Shown: positions 8,663 through 17,499, numbered from the stretch's first letter. The stretch is DNA of 64,000 bases from Candidatus Pacearchaeota archaeon (GCA_041660485.1 JBAZWF010000001.1:346224-410223), one strand, 5' to 3'. Notes: generated from the sequence alone by a model not told the origin. Program-made: numbers and translations.

Positions 8663-9037
8663 ATGGAACAAGAATTACAGATTGAAGGGTATAGATATAG
8701 TGGTAGATTTAAAATTGAAGAACATTCACATACTTACACTGATTGGATTGATTCAGAAGTGGGAAGATATCCTCAAACTACAACTAATCGTTGGTGGGAA
8801 GGTCAAGGGATTATAACTGATAAACAAACTGGTAATTTTCAGAAATTCTTAATTTCTTTAGATCATAATCAAACATTAGGAGAAAACAAGGAGCAAATAC
8901 AAATCGGTATAGATTATGCTAAAATTATTGATTCATCATTAGGTTCTATGTATGAATTAGCAGAAAAATCTGAAGATATTATTCCTAGAATTAAACCTGC
9001 TACTGAATCTTTAGTAGGATTATTAAAAGAAGAATAA
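8663..9037 (+). CDS. hypothetical protein (cassette 1)
   Basis: 124-aa ORF lying between tRNA-terminus copies 1 and 2. It is bracketed by the 10-bp inverted repeat GGGACTTAAA (8609-8618) / TTTAAGTCCC (9052-9061). Confidence 0.45.
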   Translation: MEQELQIEGYRYSGRFKIEEHSHTYTDWIDSEVGRYPQTTTNRWWEGQGIITDKQTGNFQKFLISLDHNQTLGENKEQIQIGIDYAKIIDSSLGSMYELAEKSEDIIPRIKPATESLVGLLKEE

Positions 9038-9088
9038 GTAATTAAATTTAATTTAAGTCCCCCTAAAACTGAAGTTTTACTGTTTCGT

Positions 9089-9109
9089 CTCTTCGAGGCG
9101 TTCTTTTTC
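9089..9109 (+). repeat. direct repeat copy 2 of the tRNA-Asn 3' terminus
   Basis: CTCTTCGAGGCGTT matches the tRNA end in 13 of 14 positions. The 16 nt CGAGGCGTTCTTTTTC are identical to copy 3. Confidence 0.75.
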
Positions 9110-9146
9110 ATATAAATATTTAAAAACTTTATAAAAATGTAATAAA

Positions 9147-9857
9147 ATGGCTAAAGTATTAGCAAAAACAAAAGTAGAAGATAGAATCAGACAAGATGAG
9201 AAAAGAGATAGACAAAGAATAATTGATGGATTATTTTATGAACCTTTTAATGATGCAATAACTCAATTCACAGGAATTTTTGGTTATTCTAAAGGAGAAG
9301 GTTATGATGCTATCGAAGGATTGCTTGAAGATTATTATGGGCGTTCAAGAATTGAGGGATTATTATCTGAGCAAAAGAGTCTTAGTTTTAATAAAACTTA
9401 TAGAGGAAGGCCTTCAATAGAGTATAAATTTTCATTTGATAAAGAAAGTGGTTTATATATCGGAGCGTGGAAAGGAAAAGATGCTTTTAATGGTCATTCG
9501 GTTTGTAAATTAGATAATGGTCTTATTCAACAAGATGTAGATTTTATATTAAATTATTTTAAATCTTTTGATGCAATGACTAATGAAGATCGAGCAAAAG
9601 CAATAATAGGTTATATGGTTGGAGAAGGACAATTAAATGTTTCACGAGATTCAAATGGAGAATTAATGTTTAGTCTTAGTGAAGAAGGAAAAAGATTATC
9701 AGAAGAAGCAAATAAAAAAATGACTCCTGAAGAAAAAACTGAAATGAATAAGTTTGTTGATAAAGCTATTAATCAAACCATGATAGAAATTGAACCAGTA
9801 TTTGATAAAGATGGTAAAGAAATTGATGGTTGGTCAAGCAACGATATCCCTTTTTAA
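9147..9857 (+). CDS. hypothetical protein (cassette 2)
   Basis: 236-aa ORF between repeat copies 2 and 3. No motif recognised. Confidence 0.45.
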   Translation: MAKVLAKTKVEDRIRQDEKRDRQRIIDGLFYEPFNDAITQFTGIFGYSKGEGYDAIEGLLEDYYGRSRIEGLLSEQKSLSFNKTYRGRPSIEYKFSFDKESGLYIGAWKGKDAFNGHSVCKLDNGLIQQDVDFILNYFKSFDAMTNEDRAKAIIGYMVGEGQLNVSRDSNGELMFSLSEEGKRLSEEANKKMTPEEKTEMNKFVDKAINQTMIEIEPVFDKDGKEIDGWSSNDIPF

Positions 9858-9888
9858 TCTGCTAAGTGTTACAGCATTAAACTATCTA

Positions 9889-9908
9889 CCTCCGAGGCGT
9901 TCTTTTTC
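9889..9908 (+). repeat. direct repeat copy 3 of the tRNA-Asn 3' terminus
   Basis: CTCCGAGGCGTT is an exact 12-nt match to 8576-8587. The extension CTTTTTC is shared with copy 2. Confidence 0.75.
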
Positions 9909-9951
9909 TAATTATCTAAATCTTTAAAAATTAAAACAAATAACATAAAAC

Positions 9952-10248
9952 ATGAGTGCAGAAGAAATAATCAAAGATAACATGGCTAAAATGTCTAAAG
10001 CAGAACATAATAATTTGGTTAAGAAAATAGCTACAGGCGGATTTAAGATTCCACAACTAGAAAAAGAAGAGGGCATAATAACCGGACATGTTTATATTAA
10101 AGAAACAAAACCCGATAACAATGCATATGATTGTAGAATATTTCCAGTTGCTTATATAAGTAATGAGCGCATTTATTTGGTTAACAAAGACCAACCGGCT
10201 TTAGAACAATATCATGACAAATTAAAAAAGATTGTTTTTGGGAAATAA
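9952..10248 (+). CDS. hypothetical protein
   Basis: 98-aa ORF with no recognised motif. Confidence 0.4.
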   Translation: MSAEEIIKDNMAKMSKAEHNNLVKKIATGGFKIPQLEKEEGIITGHVYIKETKPDNNAYDCRIFPVAYISNERIYLVNKDQPALEQYHDKLKKIVFGK

Positions 10249-10261
10249 TTCTTTTACCTTG

Positions 10262-10447
10262 TTATTTCTCCAACTTTTCTTCTTTTTTGATTTTTTCTTT
10301 CTCGAATTTTTCTATTTCTTTATCATAATACCTTACAAGTTCATCATCACCTAATTCTTCAGCATGTTTTCTTTTTTCCTCATGAATTCTTTTTTGTTCT
10401 TCTAAGGACTTAATACCTTTTTCAAGTCTTTTTTCTCTATTTACCAT
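10262..10447 (-). CDS. small K/E-rich coiled-coil protein
   Basis: 61-aa ORF overlapping the end of the upstream nucleotidyltransferase gene by 11 nt. Confidence 0.35.
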   Translation of the reverse strand: MVNREKRLEKGIKSLEEQKRIHEEKRKHAEELGDDELVRYYDKEIEKFEKEKIKKEEKLEK

Positions 10448-11219
10448 GTTCCAATATCTTCACATCATTATCTAACAATTTTAATAAAACATATAAATCA
10501 TTTGTCTTAATCTTTTGTTTTGTTTTTATTTCATCTTTTGCATTTTTATATGCTTCATAGATAGCATCAAAATCAATTTTTGATGCTTTTTTGATTATCC
10601 ATTCCTTAAATTTTTTATAAGAGTACTTTTCCCCTTTTAACAGCATATGAATAATAAATATCCCTCTTAATCTTAACATAATTGAATAAGGAACTGCCTG
10701 ACCTAAGAAATATTGTTCTTTAGTTTCATGACTTAGAAATTCTTGATTTACTTCTATTAGTCTTTTACACGAAGCAAAATATTCTTTAAAATCATTTACT
10801 TTTGGCTTATATTTTTCTTTAAGCTCATATAAAAGCTTTGAATTAATAATTACTTGAGCTTCTGAAAATATTGAATACATTAATAAAGGTTCTAATTTAA
10901 TTGCTTTTTCAATATTTTTCTCTTCAATGCAGTTTATTTCAAATCCTTTTGATTGAATTTTTATTTTTTTATTTGATACAATAAAAAGGTCAATATCTGA
11001 ATCTTCTCTTTGTTCAGCTCTTGCATATGAACCATAAAGATATACTCCGCTAATACTTTCAAGGTAAGGTTCTATAATCTCAATTATCTTTTCTTTAATA
11101 CTCTTCCTTGGCTGTTTTATAACAATAATCTGCTCTCCTGCCCATTCTTTAGGAACAAATATATGTGCCCCATTTCCAAATGCCTTTACCACTTTTACTA
11201 ATTGTTGTTCTTTTTCCAT
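10437..11219 (-). CDS. nucleotidyltransferase-domain protein with an AbrB/DUF2080-like N-terminus and a possible HEPN-like C-terminus
   Basis: Minimal nucleotidyltransferase (NTase) motif LYGSYARAEQREDSDIDLFIV. The N-terminus VKAFGNGAHIFVPKEWAG resembles DUF2080. The C-terminal RGIFIIH fits the Rx4-6H pattern. Confidence 0.55.
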   Translation of the reverse strand: MEKEQQLVKVVKAFGNGAHIFVPKEWAGEQIIVIKQPRKSIKEKIIEIIEPYLESISGVYLYGSYARAEQREDSDIDLFIVSNKKIKIQSKGFEINCIEEKNIEKAIKLEPLLMYSIFSEAQVIINSKLLYELKEKYKPKVNDFKEYFASCKRLIEVNQEFLSHETKEQYFLGQAVPYSIMLRLRGIFIIHMLLKGEKYSYKKFKEWIIKKASKIDFDAIYEAYKNAKDEIKTKQKIKTNDLYVLLKLLDNDVKILEHGK

Positions 11220-11348
11220 GTATATACTTAGTATATACCTTTTATAAAGTTTTTGATTAGATTTTCTTATTAGCGTTTATATTTTAAAGCATATTTCCAA
11301 CTGCCATTTAATTTAAAAACCCTAATTAGTTTTTATAAAAATAAAAAG

Positions 11349-12791
11349 ATGAGTGGTATTTTCGGAGTTGTTTCAGATGAGAACTGCATAGATGATCTTT
11401 TTTATGGTACTGATTATCATTCTCATTTAGGGAAAAAAATTGGCGGAATAGTTATTCAAAATGATAAAAAGTTTCATCGTGAAATAAAAGATATTTCTCT
11501 TTATCCTTTCAGACCTCAGCTTTCAGATTTTAAAAAAGATGTGCACGGAACAAAAGGTTTAGGGGTTGTTGGAGATTATGAGCCGCAACCATTAATTATT
11601 GGTTCTCAATTAGGAGATTATGCAATTGCTCATGTTGGAAAAGTAAATAATTTAGATGAAATTTTAAAAAAATCATATAGCAAAGGAATTCATTTTAATG
11701 AAATGAGTTTAGGTGGTGTTAATCCGGTTGAACTTATTAGTTCTTTAATAAACCAAGGCAAAAATTATGTTGATGGAATTGAAATTATGCAAAATACTGT
11801 TAATGGTTCTTCTTCTGTTATGCTTTTAACTCAAGAAGGCATTTATGTTGCAAGAGATAAATTTGGAAGAACACCAATTAATATAGGAAAAGGAAATAAT
11901 AAAACTGCTGCAAGTTTTGAATCATTTCCATTTGAAAATCTGGGATTTGAATTTAATAATCAATTAGGCCCAGGAGAAATTGGAATTATAACAAAAGAAG
12001 GTTATCAACAGCTAAAAAAACCAGAAGATTTATTGCAGATTTGCAGTTTCTTATATGTTTATTATGGAAATCCGGCAGCAATTTATGAAGGTGTTGAAGC
12101 AGAATTAACAAGAAACCATCTTGGAGCAAAGCTTGCAATATCAGATAGAAAAGATAATCTACAAGCTGATTTTGTTTCAGGAATTCCAGATTCTGGAATT
12201 GGAAGTGCAATAGGTTATGCAAATGAAAGTAGATTACCATACAAACGTCCGTTTATTAAATATACCGAAACCTGGCAAAGAAGTTTTATGCCCCAAAATC
12301 AAAATGAAAGAGAATTTGTTGCAAAAATGAAATTAATTCCAAGAAGAGGAATTATAAAAGGAGCAAGAATTGTTTTTACAGATGATAGTTTAGTAAGAGG
12401 AAGCCAGTCAAAAGATAAAATTGAAGTTGTTTTTTCTTGTAGTGCTCAAGATATTAATTTTAGATTATCATGCCCTCCTTTAATGAATTCCTGTAAATTT
12501 TTAAATTTTTCAATATCTGAATCTATTTATGACTTAGCTGCAAGAAGAACAATAAGAGATATTGAAGGAAAAGAAAATGTTGATATTTCTAAATATATTA
12601 ATGAAACATCAGATAAATATTCACAAATGGTTGAAGGAATAAGAAGAAAAGTTGGAGTTACTAATTTGAAATATCAAAGATTAAATGATTTAGTTTCTGC
12701 AATTGGTTTACCAAAAGAAAAATTATGCACTTATTGTTGGGATGGTTGTGATCCAACACATTGTAAAAGAAATATTATTCATTCTGTATAG
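11349..12791 (+). CDS. amidophosphoribosyltransferase (PurF)-like protein lacking the N-terminal Cys nucleophile
   Basis: Starts MSGIFGV, where PurF and other Ntn amidotransferases have MCGI. PRPP-binding-like motif IVFTDDSLVRGSQ. Cys-rich C-terminus CTYCWDGCDPTHC. Confidence 0.55.
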   Translation: MSGIFGVVSDENCIDDLFYGTDYHSHLGKKIGGIVIQNDKKFHREIKDISLYPFRPQLSDFKKDVHGTKGLGVVGDYEPQPLIIGSQLGDYAIAHVGKVNNLDEILKKSYSKGIHFNEMSLGGVNPVELISSLINQGKNYVDGIEIMQNTVNGSSSVMLLTQEGIYVARDKFGRTPINIGKGNNKTAASFESFPFENLGFEFNNQLGPGEIGIITKEGYQQLKKPEDLLQICSFLYVYYGNPAAIYEGVEAELTRNHLGAKLAISDRKDNLQADFVSGIPDSGIGSAIGYANESRLPYKRPFIKYTETWQRSFMPQNQNEREFVAKMKLIPRRGIIKGARIVFTDDSLVRGSQSKDKIEVVFSCSAQDINFRLSCPPLMNSCKFLNFSISESIYDLAARRTIRDIEGKENVDISKYINETSDKYSQMVEGIRRKVGVTNLKYQRLNDLVSAIGLPKEKLCTYCWDGCDPTHCKRNIIHSV

Positions 12792-12825
12792 AAATTCTTT
12801 TAAACTAATTAAACTTAAAATTACA

Positions 12826-13104
12826 ATGGAAAGCATAAAAGATAGCTATTTAGTTTCTGGATTGAGAAATATTGCAATTGCTACTGCAGTTGTTGCATCC
12901 GGATATATGGTAAGTGGATGTGCAACTAGTGGAAATTACGGACTTGAAGGTGGATTACTTGGTGCAGGTGCTGGTGCAATTATTGGAAATCAAAGTGGAG
13001 ATGCAGGAACAGGAGCCATTATAGGCGGACTTGGTGGAGCTTTGATTGGTTCACAAGTAGAAAAAAGAGATAGAGAAGAAAGACACGAACATCATCGAAG
13101 ATAA
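12826..13104 (+). CDS. glycine-zipper lipoprotein
   Basis: Signal peptide with a lipobox-like VSGC. Gly-zipper GGLLGAGAGAIIG...GAIIGGLGGALIG. ATG at 12826 is preferred over the track start at 12703, which overlaps the PurF-like gene. Confidence 0.55.
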   Translation: MESIKDSYLVSGLRNIAIATAVVASGYMVSGCATSGNYGLEGGLLGAGAGAIIGNQSGDAGTGAIIGGLGGALIGSQVEKRDREERHEHHRR

Positions 13105-13191
13105 ATAGTTAGTTTTGCAAAATTGAATTGTTTAGAGAGAGTGAAATTTATTTATCGTTATATTTAAATAGATTATTTTTCTTTATTTAAT

Positions 13192-13758
13192 ATGGATTTT
13201 GATAAAGTAATATCAGAAAGAAAAAGTGTTAGAAAATTTCATTCTAAAAAACCAAATTGGAGAGATATTATTGAAGCAGTTGATGCAGGAGTAAGAGCTC
13301 CGTTAGCCGGTGCAATTTCAAGTGTAAGATTTATTCTTGTGGATAATCCTGAAATAATTAGCAAACTTGCTACAGCAGCACAACAAGATTTTGTTGGTGA
13401 AGCTCATTATGTAGTTGTTGTTTGCTCTGATCCCACTGATGTCATAAGAAGCTATGATGAAAGAGGAGAAATTTATGTTAGACAACAAGCAGGAGCTGCA
13501 ATTGAAAATTTTATTCTTAAACTTACTGATCTTGGACTTGCAACTTGTTGGGTTGGAGATTTTGTTGATGAGCAAGTTAAATCAGCCTTAAGAATTCCAG
13601 CAAGTGTTTTTGTTGAAGCAATGTTTCCTATAGGATATTCTTTAGATAAAAGTGTGAAAAAAAGAGCTCCAAATCTCGATAAAACTTTATATTTTAATAG
13701 ATATAAATTAAGATTCTTAAAACCAAGAAAAGAAATTGATTCTTTTAGTGAGCATTAA
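13192..13758 (+). CDS. nitroreductase family protein
   Basis: N-terminal SERKSVRKF plus the overall nitroreductase pattern (ATCWVG). Confidence 0.6.
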   Translation: MDFDKVISERKSVRKFHSKKPNWRDIIEAVDAGVRAPLAGAISSVRFILVDNPEIISKLATAAQQDFVGEAHYVVVVCSDPTDVIRSYDERGEIYVRQQAGAAIENFILKLTDLGLATCWVGDFVDEQVKSALRIPASVFVEAMFPIGYSLDKSVKKRAPNLDKTLYFNRYKLRFLKPRKEIDSFSEH

Positions 13759-14171
13759 ATTTTCGCCCTGACAGAATGTTTTGCACCACATGCTAAACAA
13801 CGAATAAACATAAAATCTCCTTGTTTCATTAATTCTGTATCTGGTTTTTTACATTCTCTGCATACAACAAATTCATTAACATAAAGATTAAACTTTTCAT
13901 TAATTTGATTTGATTGGATTTTTCTGTTCATAACAAGTCTTTCGTTTTCCATTCTTGAGAAACTTGCAAGCTCTTTTGAAAGGAATTTTGCAACATGTTC
14001 AGGGTCTCTTCTAAGATAAGAACATATCTGAAGAAAATTTGATATTACTGTTTTATTTCCAATAACTTGAGAATTAACTTTAGGGATTTCAAATCTTTCA
14101 AAGCGTTCGCTGACAGAAACCGGTTTTATTTTTCCATAAGCTTCTTCAAGCATTTGTTCATAGTTTTCCAT
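13755..14171 (-). CDS. eif2b: translation initiation factor aIF-2 beta subunit
   Basis: YEQMLEEAY start, NF..I...L.R.PEHV.KFL.KELA pattern, and C-terminal zinc ribbon CRECKKPDT...CLACGA. Confidence 0.85.
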   Translation of the reverse strand: MENYEQMLEEAYGKIKPVSVSERFERFEIPKVNSQVIGNKTVISNFLQICSYLRRDPEHVAKFLSKELASFSRMENERLVMNRKIQSNQINEKFNLYVNEFVVCRECKKPDTELMKQGDFMFIRCLACGAKHSVRAKI

Positions 14172-14231
14172 AAATTACCTATTATATTACCATTTAAAAA
14201 GGTTTATAAGATAATATTTATTACATAATAT

Positions 14232-16370
14232 ATGAATGATTCGGAAAAAAGTAAATTTTCTTTTGTTGGAGTTGTTGTTACTTTTGGAGCAATTTTAATT
14301 GGGTTAGGTTTTGCATGGCTTATTGCAATGAATTGGGAATGGATGCCCGACTTTGTTAAAATATTAATTCTGGTTTTTTGTACTCTTGCTTCTTATGTTT
14401 CTGGATTTTTTTTAAGAGAAAAATTTCTTAAATCTGGAGAAAGTTTGATATTTCTTGGAGGACTTTTATATACCTTAAGTGTTTTTTTAATTGCGCAAAT
14501 ATTTAATATTGGTAAAACTCCAACTCAAATTACTTCTTTAACTTTAGTTATTTTTATTGGACTTATTTTAGCCGCTATTTTTTTAATTTCTAGAGGAAAT
14601 TATATTTTAGCAGCTATCTCATTTATTCTATTAGGTTCCCAAATATTTTCTTCTTGGTGTTCGCTTCCAAAATTTATCACTATTCCATTCTTAATATTTT
14701 TAGTCATAGGGATTTACTTTGTTGGAGTTATTCGAAAGTATAAACCGGAATTTGGTGGAGAGACATTTGTTTTTATGAGTAATTTATTTTTAATTTCTGT
14801 TTTTATCTTGTTTTTTTCATCATTTCTTGCTTTATTAATTCCTTCTTGTAATATTTATAATAATTACGGCAATTCATATTTAGGGTTATTTGGTTTGAGT
14901 ATGTTTTCATCAATTTTCTCTATGATTCCAATCTTACTTGTAATTTATTTTATATTTAGGAAGAAATTAAAAAACCAAAAAGGAGATTTGTTTTTCTTTA
15001 TTGGAGCATTATTTTTATCAATTAGCCTATTTTTAATTTGTAAAACCTTAGGATTAGAAATGAATTTACAGAATATAAGTTGGATATTCTTAATCTCACT
15101 TATTATTTTCTTTATAACTGCTTATGTATTTTCTTCAAAAAGCACTTTATTTCTTGCAATGACTTATTCGTTTATTTGGGTTTCAACTCAATTTTTAGCA
15201 TTTTATAATTTAATTAATTCTTCAAATCTTTCATTAGGAATATTATTGTTTTATTATTTATCTTTAGCTATCTTATTTTATTCATTTTCTTTAATTCATA
15301 AAAATTCTGAAAATGGATTTGGAAATGTGTATAAAATTTGGACTGCATTTTATATTTTATTATTTGGATATGCTTTAAGTTTCCTTGATTTTTCATTATT
15401 TATATGGGCTAAAGGAGTTGAAAGTTCAATTGGAGCATATATCTTACTTGCATTATTAATTATTGTTTCTCTGTCTGCTTTTATTTTCAGCTTATTCAAA
15501 TTAGATGGAAATAAAAATTTGAAAAAAGAAGTTTTAGGGTTTATTTTGATTATTTTACTTTTAGTAATTATTGTTTCTTCTGCAGGACTTGCAAATTATA
15601 GTTCAGGAAATTCTGATAAGGGGTATTGTTCTTTACAATCTTGTTCAATTTATAAAAATATTAATGAGTGCAGTTCTGCACCTGAAAAACTTAATTGTTT
15701 TTGGTATAATAATGTTTATTCTAATGGTTATATTAATGATAAAGGTATATGTAGTTCAGCTGCTTGTTATTATGGAAAAAATGAAACTGACTGTCTTAAA
15801 CTTTCTAAGTTTGGGTGTTCTTGGAATGAATCTTCTACCTATAACCGATGTAATACACCACCATGTTATGATTATAGAAATAAAGAGGAATGCAATTCAA
15901 TTAATGGGTGTGGATGGAATAATAATACCCTCTTATGTCGTTCTAATTTAGATAATTCTTTCGATGATTCATATCATGAATGCTCAAAATATAATAATAA
16001 TTATGAAGGTTGTAAACAAGCTTCTTATTGCAAATGGACATCTGATACATTTTCTTTTTATTTCCATAAATCAAATGAAGCTCCAATAAGTTTATTATTA
16101 TATTGGATATTTGCAAATATTATATTTATAATAATTATACTTGCAATTATCGGTTTTGGAAATTTAGAATCTTCAAAAGGAATTATTAATATGGGTATTC
16201 TTTTCTTTTCTTTGGAAATAATATCTAGGTATATTGGATTTATAATGGACTATTGGGGAACAAATTATAATTCTATTGCAATACTTTCTATTGTTGGAGG
16301 AGTTTTATTAATTGGAGGAGGGTTAGGTATTGAGATGTGGAGAAGAAAGTTAATAAAAAACATAAAATAA
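14232..16370 (+). CDS. polytopic membrane protein (DUF2157-like) with an inserted Cys-rich repeat ectodomain
   Basis: Many transmembrane (TM) helices. The region 15627-16040 encodes four repeats of the form C-x2-Y-x-N-x2-[DE]C-x4-6-C-x-W. Confidence 0.55.
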   Translation: MNDSEKSKFSFVGVVVTFGAILIGLGFAWLIAMNWEWMPDFVKILILVFCTLASYVSGFFLREKFLKSGESLIFLGGLLYTLSVFLIAQIFNIGKTPTQITSLTLVIFIGLILAAIFLISRGNYILAAISFILLGSQIFSSWCSLPKFITIPFLIFLVIGIYFVGVIRKYKPEFGGETFVFMSNLFLISVFILFFSSFLALLIPSCNIYNNYGNSYLGLFGLSMFSSIFSMIPILLVIYFIFRKKLKNQKGDLFFFIGALFLSISLFLICKTLGLEMNLQNISWIFLISLIIFFITAYVFSSKSTLFLAMTYSFIWVSTQFLAFYNLINSSNLSLGILLFYYLSLAILFYSFSLIHKNSENGFGNVYKIWTAFYILLFGYALSFLDFSLFIWAKGVESSIGAYILLALLIIVSLSAFIFSLFKLDGNKNLKKEVLGFILIILLLVIIVSSAGLANYSSGNSDKGYCSLQSCSIYKNINECSSAPEKLNCFWYNNVYSNGYINDKGICSSAACYYGKNETDCLKLSKFGCSWNESSTYNRCNTPPCYDYRNKEECNSINGCGWNNNTLLCRSNLDNSFDDSYHECSKYNNNYEGCKQASYCKWTSDTFSFYFHKSNEAPISLLLYWIFANIIFIIIILAIIGFGNLESSKGIINMGILFFSLEIISRYIGFIMDYWGTNYNSIAILSIVGGVLLIGGGLGIEMWRRKLIKNIK

Positions 16371-16885
16371 TGAAAAAACAAGTAAGATTAATTATATTTT
16401 TAGCATTATTAATTATAGGAATATCCTTATTTATCTTTTATTTATCCTGGCCTTTAATGACTGGAAAAATAGTTGTTTTATCAACTCATCCATTAGACCC
16501 TTTTGATGTTTTTAGGGGGCAATATATTTCAATTAATTATGATATTAGTACTATTCCTCAATCTCCTGAAATAACTGATTGTATTGAAAGTAATTGTATT
16601 ATTTCCCAAAAGATAATATATGTTGCTTTAAAAGAAAATACCTCTTCTGGGACATATGATTATTATTCCTCTTCTTTTTCAATACCTTCTTCTGGAGTAT
16701 TTATCAAAGGCAGGATAAAAGATTCAAATTATGATTCAGTTAATGTGGAATATGGTATTGAACAGTATTTCTTTGAAAGAAATAAAGAAATTACTTTAAA
16801 TGGTTTGCAAGTAGAGGTTAAAATTGATAATTCTGGACAGGCAAGAATTACTAGGCTTTTAAAAGAGGGGAAACTAGTTATTTAA
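16370..16885 (+). CDS. GDYXXLXY-domain membrane protein
   Basis: DPFDVFRGQYISINYDIS matches the GDYXXLXY signature. ATG at 16370 overlaps the upstream stop (TAATG). Confidence 0.6.
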   Translation: MKKQVRLIIFLALLIIGISLFIFYLSWPLMTGKIVVLSTHPLDPFDVFRGQYISINYDISTIPQSPEITDCIESNCIISQKIIYVALKENTSSGTYDYYSSSFSIPSSGVFIKGRIKDSNYDSVNVEYGIEQYFFERNKEITLNGLQVEVKIDNSGQARITRLLKEGKLVI

Positions 16886-16935
16886 CTAATATTTTTAGTA
16901 ATAAGGTTTATAAAAACAATTTATTTAAGTAATAT

Positions 16936-17499
16936 ATGAAAATAAAGAACCTAGTTATTGGACTTGCAATTATGATTTTAGCGAGTTTTGTTGCAATATA
17001 TGGAATAAAAACATTTTATGCAGAAGAACCGCAATATGATACTTATTGTGGGAATGTAACTTACCCAGGTTATGAAATTAATACTTCTGAACAATGTATG
17101 GCTTTTGGAGGAAAGTGGAATTCAAATGAAGGAATTTATGGTAAATATCCTTCAACACCTTCAGGATATTGTGATTTAACTTATAATTGTCAAAAACAAT
17201 TTGAAGAAGCTCAAAAAAGTTATTCAAAAAATTTATTTATTATAACTGTTCCAGTAGGTGTTGTATTAATTGCAATTGGAGGAGCTTTATTTGCTCTTGA
17301 AGCAGTGGGTGTTGGAATTATGCTTGGAGGAATTGTTACATTAATTTATGGAGCAAGTTCATACTGGCCAAGTGCAAATAATGCATTTAAATTTGGAATT
17401 TCTCTTGCAGGTTTAATAATTATTATTATTCTTGCTTATTGGCTTAATCAAAGGGAATTTTTTACTAATTTATTTAAGAAAGAAAAGAAAGCTAAATAA
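16936..17499 (+). CDS. membrane protein with a Cys-containing ectodomain
   Basis: N-terminal TM helix, an ectodomain with six Cys, then 2-3 C-terminal TM helices. Confidence 0.4.
   Translation: MKIKNLVIGLAIMILASFVAIYGIKTFYAEEPQYDTYCGNVTYPGYEINTSEQCMAFGGKWNSNEGIYGKYPSTPSGYCDLTYNCQKQFEEAQKSYSKNLFIITVPVGVVLIAIGGALFALEAVGVGIMLGGIVTLIYGASSYWPSANNAFKFGISLAGLIIIIILAYWLNQREFFTNLFKKEKKAK

Noticed and set aside
12703-12825. Long N-terminal extension of the glycine-zipper lipoprotein ORF (track start at 12703).
   Set aside because: It overlaps the end of the PurF-like gene in another frame. The internal ATG at 12826 yields a normal signal peptide and lipobox.
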